DNA of 64,000 nt from a virus (lineage: Duplodnaviria; Caudoviricetes), in IMG/VR virus record IMGVR_UViG_3300022552_000005, positions 15,805-79,804 of that record; one strand, written 5' to 3'. The position numbers were made by a program, and so were the translations under genes. This document shows positions 58,548-64,000 of the stretch, one piece after another (position 1 is the first letter of the stretch; every line of letters begins with the position of its first letter). The notes under the pieces were generated by a model. That model ran no database searches, was not told the DNA's origin, and was given only the letters and a program-made list of their open reading frames with translations.

Positions 58548-59523
58548 TTACCCCATTAACTATTAAATCTTGTTCAGTATCAATCACATATTTTCTACTC
58601 GGTTTCGTAACATATTGTACACTTATGATCCGCAAATAATCTCGAAATCGTGACGGATGAATTGATTTGTAAAGTTTATAATATTTACGTTCGGCAGATT
58701 TAAACATAAAAACAAAAGACCGCATTTTATGTATAAATTCAGCATTAATAACCAAAAATCTATTAGCCACAATCCTACTATAAATGCCTAAACAACACAA
58801 CAACATCCTTAACGACTGTAAAAATGATAAATTACGTTTTAAAAGAACGCGTCGCCATACATGTGAATGCCCGTGTCCAAATGATACATTGATAGAAAAA
58901 ATAATCCCCAAATAACGATAAACAATATCTAGTGGTGAATGAAAGAACTGACGTGGTACTTGTAAACTAAAATCATGAAACAAACGCACTGCCCGACTAT
59001 CATTGACCACAATGCGCGGCAAGCCTGTAGCAGAAAAAAATAAACTAAAATCTATTTCGTATCTCTTCAAAACCTCATACAATTTATGAAACAACGATAA
59101 ATACTCTTCAGTTGCACGATAAGCACGCCATGTAAAAGCACCATGCTTAACCTGTCCAACCGTTGCCAACGCACTTAAAAACGCAAAATCATTTCCGCAA
59201 TATTTGAGAAGGGGTGAATCAATGCGTTCATAACGATTGAAAGGAAACGGATTGCTACTAATAACCAACTTATCACCACGTATTAAATATTCCGTGGGCT
59301 TTGAAGTCCCACTATGTAATTTCCATATTTGTCCTGGTAACCCACAAAATTCAAAATTATTAGCAGTTTTAATAACAAAAAACTTGTCTACGACATCTTC
59401 TTTATACGTGATGTCACACTCCTCTGCGTTGCTTGATAAAATGTAATTCCAGCTATTAAGGCTACCTAAATCAGAATAGCCAGCGCTAGTTAATACATAA
59501 TCATTAAGATTAATTATCAGCAT
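58519..59523 (-). CDS. Free-standing degenerate intein-like (Hint + LAGLIDADG) protein
   Basis: Aligns by eye along its length with the NrdJ intein but lacks Cys1, the block-B His and the terminal Asn. Confidence 0.55.
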   Translation of the reverse strand: MLIINLNDYVLTSAGYSDLGSLNSWNYILSSNAEECDITYKEDVVDKFFVIKTANNFEFCGLPGQIWKLHSGTSKPTEYLIRGDKLVISSNPFPFNRYERIDSPLLKYCGNDFAFLSALATVGQVKHGAFTWRAYRATEEYLSLFHKLYEVLKRYEIDFSLFFSATGLPRIVVNDSRAVRLFHDFSLQVPRQFFHSPLDIVYRYLGIIFSINVSFGHGHSHVWRRVLLKRNLSFLQSLRMLLCCLGIYSRIVANRFLVINAEFIHKMRSFVFMFKSAERKYYKLYKSIHPSRFRDYLRIISVQYVTKPSRKYVIDTEQDLIVNGVIVSGGASGR

Positions 59524-60523
59524 CGTCCATCAATTCTTCACGCTCGCTATATCGTGGTGCCCACAGTTTCGGTCCATTCCAAGCTTGCACCATCTCCTTA
59601 ATAAGTTGCTCAAAAGTAACCGTCGGACGCCATTTTAATAACTTGTGCGCTTTAGATGCATCACCACATAGTCTATTAACATCAGATGGACGTTTGAATT
59701 TCTCATCTATAACCAAAAATTTGCGATAGTCCAACCCCACAGACCGATAAGCTATCTCGCATAATTCCAATACTGAATGAGTTTTGCCGGTAGCTAAAAC
59801 ATAATCATCCGGCTTATCCTGCTGAAGCATTCTATACATTCCTATACAATAATCAATCGCGCATCCCCAATCGCGACAAGCATGAACATTTCCCAGATGA
59901 ACTTTTTCACAATTAGCAGCAGCTTGACAAATCTTTTGAGTAACAAATTCATCTCCACGTAAAATACTTTCGTGATTAAATAAAATGCCATTACATACAA
60001 ACATATTATAAGCTTCACGATAATTCACACCAATATAATAAGCAAAAACCTTAGAAACACCATATGGCGACCGTGGATGAAACGCAGTTTCTTCGTTCAT
60101 AACACCATCATAATTTTCATAACCGAACATTTCACTAGTGCAAGCAATATAAACTTTAGCATCTGGACAGCACAAACGTACCGCCTCCAATAATCTTAAT
60201 GTCCCCATTGCATTTATATCACAAGTAGCTATTGGAGTATTGAAACTTTCACCAACAAACGACATCGCACCAAGATGATAAACCTCGTGGGGGCGTATTT
60301 CGTTCATCAATTTAACAAGCGAGGAATAATCGGTCAAATCACCCGACACAAGATGAAATTTAGGATGCCATAATGTTCCGGTATATTCAAGCCGCCAAAC
60401 CTGCGGAGTGGCATGATGACGACACATTCCATATACGTCATACCCCTTATAAAGAAGATAATTGCTTAAAATCGTACCGTCCTGTCCGGTAACGCCAGTG
60501 ATAAAAGCTTTTCTTAACACCAT
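59510..60523 (-). CDS. gmd: GDP-mannose 4,6-dehydratase
   Basis: 'AFITGVTGQDG','HLGAMSFVGESF','TSEMFG','PRSPYGVSK','NGILFNHES','EFVTQKI','RDWG','DDYVLATG'. Confidence 0.95.
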   Translation of the reverse strand: MVLRKAFITGVTGQDGTILSNYLLYKGYDVYGMCRHHATPQVWRLEYTGTLWHPKFHLVSGDLTDYSSLVKLMNEIRPHEVYHLGAMSFVGESFNTPIATCDINAMGTLRLLEAVRLCCPDAKVYIACTSEMFGYENYDGVMNEETAFHPRSPYGVSKVFAYYIGVNYREAYNMFVCNGILFNHESILRGDEFVTQKICQAAANCEKVHLGNVHACRDWGCAIDYCIGMYRMLQQDKPDDYVLATGKTHSVLELCEIAYRSVGLDYRKFLVIDEKFKRPSDVNRLCGDASKAHKLLKWRPTVTFEQLIKEMVQAWNGPKLWAPRYSEREELMDDADN

Positions 60524-61110
60524 CGCCTCAGTGACTCCTCTACTTTTATTTTTTGTCGAGAGGTTTCAACGCAACAAATCGACTTTCTTCCTTCTGCATG
60601 AGCGGCTAATTCTACTATACACTTATCTGCAAACGGATCAAAAACAAGTTCGTCCAAATTACTATGATTTTTAATAAGGATCCGCAAAAGATCCAAACTT
60701 TGTTCATGGGGAATATTACGCCTAAACCCTGGAAAAGGTTTAAACCGTAAAAACGGCAACGGGGGCTTAAGTGGAGTAAACGTCCAAACTCGTCCGCGTG
60801 TATACCAACTGATCACATAAACTTTTTGCTGATAACGCATGCGCGGCTGATTATAGGTAAAATCTGTACACCAAAATAATTTATCTTTTTTACGCCAACC
60901 AGCAAGACGGAAAATTTCATCTACAAAAGCAATGTCTTCTATGTTATGAAAAATCAAAGCCGAGGCAGTCGCCTTAGCATTTTTTAATATTGACAATAGA
61001 AAAGTATTATCAAGACGAGTAAATTTAATCCACTTATCGCCAGTTAATAATAAATCGTATCCGCTGATTGTATCTTGCTGACCAACAATAACCATTATCT
61101 GTATGCCCAC
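60514..61110 (-). CDS. Degenerate DNA methyltransferase-like protein
   Basis: 'YDLLLTG' (no DPPY) and 'HEQSLDLLRILIKNHSNLDELVFDPFADK' (no GSG). Confidence 0.5.
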   Translation of the reverse strand: MGIQIMVIVGQQDTISGYDLLLTGDKWIKFTRLDNTFLLSILKNAKATASALIFHNIEDIAFVDEIFRLAGWRKKDKLFWCTDFTYNQPRMRYQQKVYVISWYTRGRVWTFTPLKPPLPFLRFKPFPGFRRNIPHEQSLDLLRILIKNHSNLDELVFDPFADKCIVELAAHAEGRKSICCVETSRQKIKVEESLRRWC

Positions 61111-61661
61111 TCAACGAGAATCAGCCCGTTTACTTGCCGCATCAATTTCTCTGCTTTATACTTTTGTCTATTAATCAACTTAACCTCATTTGCATTTCTA
61201 GTTACACCAATAACCACCACGGCTGGAACACAATAATAATTATGTCCAATAGTGATGCGCACCGGAATACCATTGTCTAACAAGCTATGAACAATCTCTC
61301 GTAATAAAAACAAAAAACGTTCCCCCGCCCTATCGATATATTCGAGCACTCTTTCTTCATTGAAGATCGTAATATTATTCGTTTTCAACCGACGCATCAA
61401 TTCAGACTTTGGATTCCTTTTTAGGAATTGCTTAATACGAGACAATCTATTCAACAACGTCTTGACCATCGCATGCCCCACTTTTACCCAAAAAAACTCA
61501 TAAAAATATAACATAACCACTCTAATCCCATAAAACACTAATGTCAAAGTCGTGATAAGTTTCAAATTGCCAAAGAAAAGCAGTCCAACTGCAATCAGAA
61601 GTAAAATGCCCAGCGTTTCCCAGATGAATGCTTTGATGGCAATATCTGGACGAACGCGCAA
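61095..61661 (-). CDS. Membrane protein, N-terminus DUF2061-like
   Basis: Two hydrophobic helices ('IKAFIWETLG...YFYEFFW'), soluble C-terminus. Confidence 0.4.
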   Translation of the reverse strand: MRVRPDIAIKAFIWETLGILLLIAVGLLFFGNLKLITTLTLVFYGIRVVMLYFYEFFWVKVGHAMVKTLLNRLSRIKQFLKRNPKSELMRRLKTNNITIFNEERVLEYIDRAGERFLFLLREIVHSLLDNGIPVRITIGHNYYCVPAVVVIGVTRNANEVKLINRQKYKAEKLMRQVNGLILVEWAYR

Positions 61662-61946
61662 CTACTCCCCCTCGCGCTGTTTCCTGTTGCACTTTTTTGC
61701 TACGACTTTTACGCGCGGACGTTTGTCTCCAGTTCGTACAAGCATGGTGCCACACTCAAAAGTCAACACCCAATTGAAATGCTGAGCATCCCACCTAACC
61801 TCGCGGCAGAACTTCCGACAAAATGGACAAAGCGTTTTTTCGAGCTTTTTAATTAAATCGTTGATCCAAAAAGCACCAATCACGAATTCCCTCCGTTTTA
61901 AATCAGCCGTGCCCCATGCAGCGGCTTCATTAGTGCTTTCGACCAA
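61662..61946 (-). CDS. Small Zn-ribbon-like hypothetical protein
   Basis: CPFC...ECG. Confidence 0.4.
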   Translation of the reverse strand: MVESTNEAAAWGTADLKRREFVIGAFWINDLIKKLEKTLCPFCRKFCREVRWDAQHFNWVLTFECGTMLVRTGDKRPRVKVVAKKCNRKQREGE

Positions 61947-61958
61947 ACGGCGCGATTT

Positions 61959-62456
61959 TTAAGAAATCTTGGCAAGTTTTGCGCAATTTTCACAGATAAT
62001 TTCTACTTTATTATTACTAACAATAAAATAGCGCGAAGAAAGAAGATAGCGGAACTTACAACCACACTTATCGCATTCCCCTCTCAGCCATAAATCAAGC
62101 AATTCCTGAAACTTAATCGTCGATATATTGTATTTTGATCGAAGAATATTCAACGCTCTGTGGATTCGCTCTATTACTTTATTATAATTTTTACCCCACC
62201 GCAACTTATAGAAACAACTCGGACAAACGAAACTAATATTATCAAGCTCGACGACCCCATTAATTCCCACGGCACGGAGAAAGGTAAACTTGTCGTTTTT
62301 TAATCGACGCCGACAAAAGGGGCAGTTCTTAGTTTTTTGATAGGCTATGATAAAATCCGCCCGCCCGAAGTTAAACTGGCAATCGTGATTCCGAAGTAAT
62401 CGGTAATATTTTGCTGCGATTTTTCGTTTTTCGCTAGGATTTAGCGGCGCTCCCAT
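61959..62456 (-). CDS. Cys-rich, HNH-like (degenerate) protein
   Basis: CPFC...'GINGVVELDNISFVCPSC', CDKC, CENC; HNH His absent. Confidence 0.4.
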   Translation of the reverse strand: MGAPLNPSEKRKIAAKYYRLLRNHDCQFNFGRADFIIAYQKTKNCPFCRRRLKNDKFTFLRAVGINGVVELDNISFVCPSCFYKLRWGKNYNKVIERIHRALNILRSKYNISTIKFQELLDLWLRGECDKCGCKFRYLLSSRYFIVSNNKVEIICENCAKLAKIS

Positions 62457-62710
62457 GTTTCAGCCCCAATTTTTTTAAAATATTTATTCAAAATGCGCTC
62501 AGGAATGCCCTCACAATAAATATAATCAATCAACTTCCAACATTGTTTTGCGTATCTCAACTTACCCACTTCAGTAAAAAATATGGCATCAATTGTTAAC
62601 CAATCAATAATAAGTTCTTCGATTTTAGATTCATCCACCTCTTCCTCGGGATAAAAATAACATTCGGCAAATTCCTTAATGAGTTCTTCGATTTTTTCAG
62701 TTATGCTCAT
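62441..62710 (-). CDS. Small acidic hypothetical protein
   Basis: 89 aa with RBS GAGGT. Confidence 0.5.
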   Translation of the reverse strand: MSITEKIEELIKEFAECYFYPEEEVDESKIEELIIDWLTIDAIFFTEVGKLRYAKQCWKLIDYIYCEGIPERILNKYFKKIGAETWERR

Positions 62711-62770
62711 TATTACCTCTTACTTATTATACGTATCAGGGTATGTATTGTAGATTATTATAATTCAAAC

Positions 62771-62930
62771 GTGGACTTCCTCCACGAGGGAGGCTCTTGG
62801 TAGGTTGCCCACCCAAGAGACCCATAGCGGGATTCCTGCTTCACGAGGATGTAATAAATAATATCCACCCTCTCCACAGGCGTAAATTCGGGTCGCCCCG
62901 ACCCTACTTATATTATATATTTCCAAATAT
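62771..62930 (-). ncRNA. Putative TnpB omega/reRNA scaffold and element right end
   Basis: Minus strand GGGGCGACCCGAATTTACGCCTGTGGAGA...CTCGTGAAGCAGGAATCCC...GGAGGAAGTCCAC resembles IS200/IS605-IS607 right ends; boundaries approximate. Confidence 0.55.
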
Positions 62931-63992
62931 CCCCCGTTGTCTTATATTTATAGCCGCATTAAAATCACGGTCAATTTCTAACCCACAAAATGGGCAAATA
63001 TGGATACGATCACTTAGGCGTTTATAAACTTTAGCGCCACACATTGAACATAATTGCGTAGTATATGCTGGATCTACCCAAACAAGTTGACAATTATCGC
63101 GCACAGACTTATATTCAATATGGTGTAATAAAAGATGCCATCGTCTTCTTTGTATTAATTGTCTAATTGCGGATGATCTATTGCCCATTTCAGCAATATT
63201 AAGATGTTCTAATAATATTTTTTTATTTTTATTAACTAAAGACGCAGTAATCTTATGATAATAATCAACTTCAGCATTATATATTTTACAACGTAATTTC
63301 ATAATTTTTTCTTTAAGTTTGATATAATTACTACTACCAGGTGACTTACGCATTAGCTGTTTTTCCAATTTTTTAATTTTTACTAAAAGACGAATGTCAG
63401 GAACAAAAGGTTTAAACACTTTACCATCGCTAGTAGTTATTAAATTTTTAATACCAATATCAACGCCGACACTGCCAACAGCATTATTTTTATGAGATGG
63501 CTTTACAGAACAAAGTATATGTATATACCAATGTTTTGAAATTTTAGTGAATTTAACATTTACTATAGTTTTACATTTTAACTGGCGATGAAATCTGGTT
63601 TTTATTCTACCAAGCATTGGGAAATTGATATCTACAAAACGACTATTGCGTTTATGAATGTCTAAATAACGTATAGCAGGAAAAACAAAACTACGATATT
63701 TCCTATATGAGATGCACGAAGATGGTTTAATATACTTAGAAATTTGCGATCTAAATTCTTTAACTTGCCAATCTATAACTTCAGACGGTATAAGGTCACA
63801 CAGCGGATTATGCTCTAAAAGATATTTTTTTGCAAATTGATCAAAGGTTCTATAAATATCCTTTTTCTTTTTACGATATAAATAATGTAACCAATCAACC
63901 AGCAATCTAAAATTTCGACGTAAAATAAAAAACCACAAATTCATTTTTTGTTGTTGTTCAGCGGTAGGATAAATACGAAATTTATACGTCAA
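62913..63992 (-). mobile_element. tnpB: TnpB RNA-guided nuclease (IS200/IS605 or IS607 OrfB); start may lie beyond window
   Basis: HTH 'TYKFRIYPT', RuvC 'GVDIG', 'LEHL', 'DRDFNAAINI', Zn ribbon 'TTQLCSMCG...CPFCG'. Confidence 0.92.
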
Positions 63993-64000
63993 AAATAACC

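Noticed and set aside
62797-63027. 76-aa plus-strand ORF
   Set aside because: Antisense to the tnpB end and its RNA scaffold
1-64000. CRISPR array, tRNA or rRNA genes, stop-codon reassignment
   Set aside because: No regularly spaced repeats or cloverleaf recognised by eye; genes are full length in the standard code (tRNAscan not run)

Overview
64 kb segment of a large, AT-rich tailed dsDNA virus (Caudoviricetes). It is probably a siphovirus: there is a 2091-aa tape measure and a tail tube, but no sheath gene. The host cannot be determined from this window, and ORFs read cleanly in the standard code. (1) 1-6405, + strand: sugar and DNA-modification cluster with two glycosyltransferases, a phosphoribosyltransferase, a UDP-glucuronate decarboxylase (UDP-xylose synthase)-like enzyme, four DNA methyltransferases and a PD-(D/E)XK nuclease-like gene. 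(2) 6445-53400, - strand: an apparently complete morphogenesis module (terminase, portal, protease/scaffold, capsid, head appendages, neck, tail tube, chaperones, tape measure, and many paralogous tail-tip/LamG/PKD/beta-propeller proteins). It is punctuated by intrinsic terminators and a recurring AAAACGTATTAA promoter-like motif. (3) 53400-64000, - strand: sigma-like factor, intein-containing class II ribonucleotide reductase with an extra LAGLIDADG-like domain, a free-standing catalytically dead intein, GDP-mannose 4,6-dehydratase, a pseudo-methyltransferase and a TnpB element. The strongest unexplained signal is a large excess of Ser-Gly dipeptides in predicted surface-exposed virion proteins but not in capsid, portal, terminase or tape measure. 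Together with the xylose/GDP-sugar genes, this suggests a proteoglycan-like Ser-Gly virion glycosylation system. That is an inference, not a demonstrated function. All product calls come from motif recognition by eye; no database searches were run.
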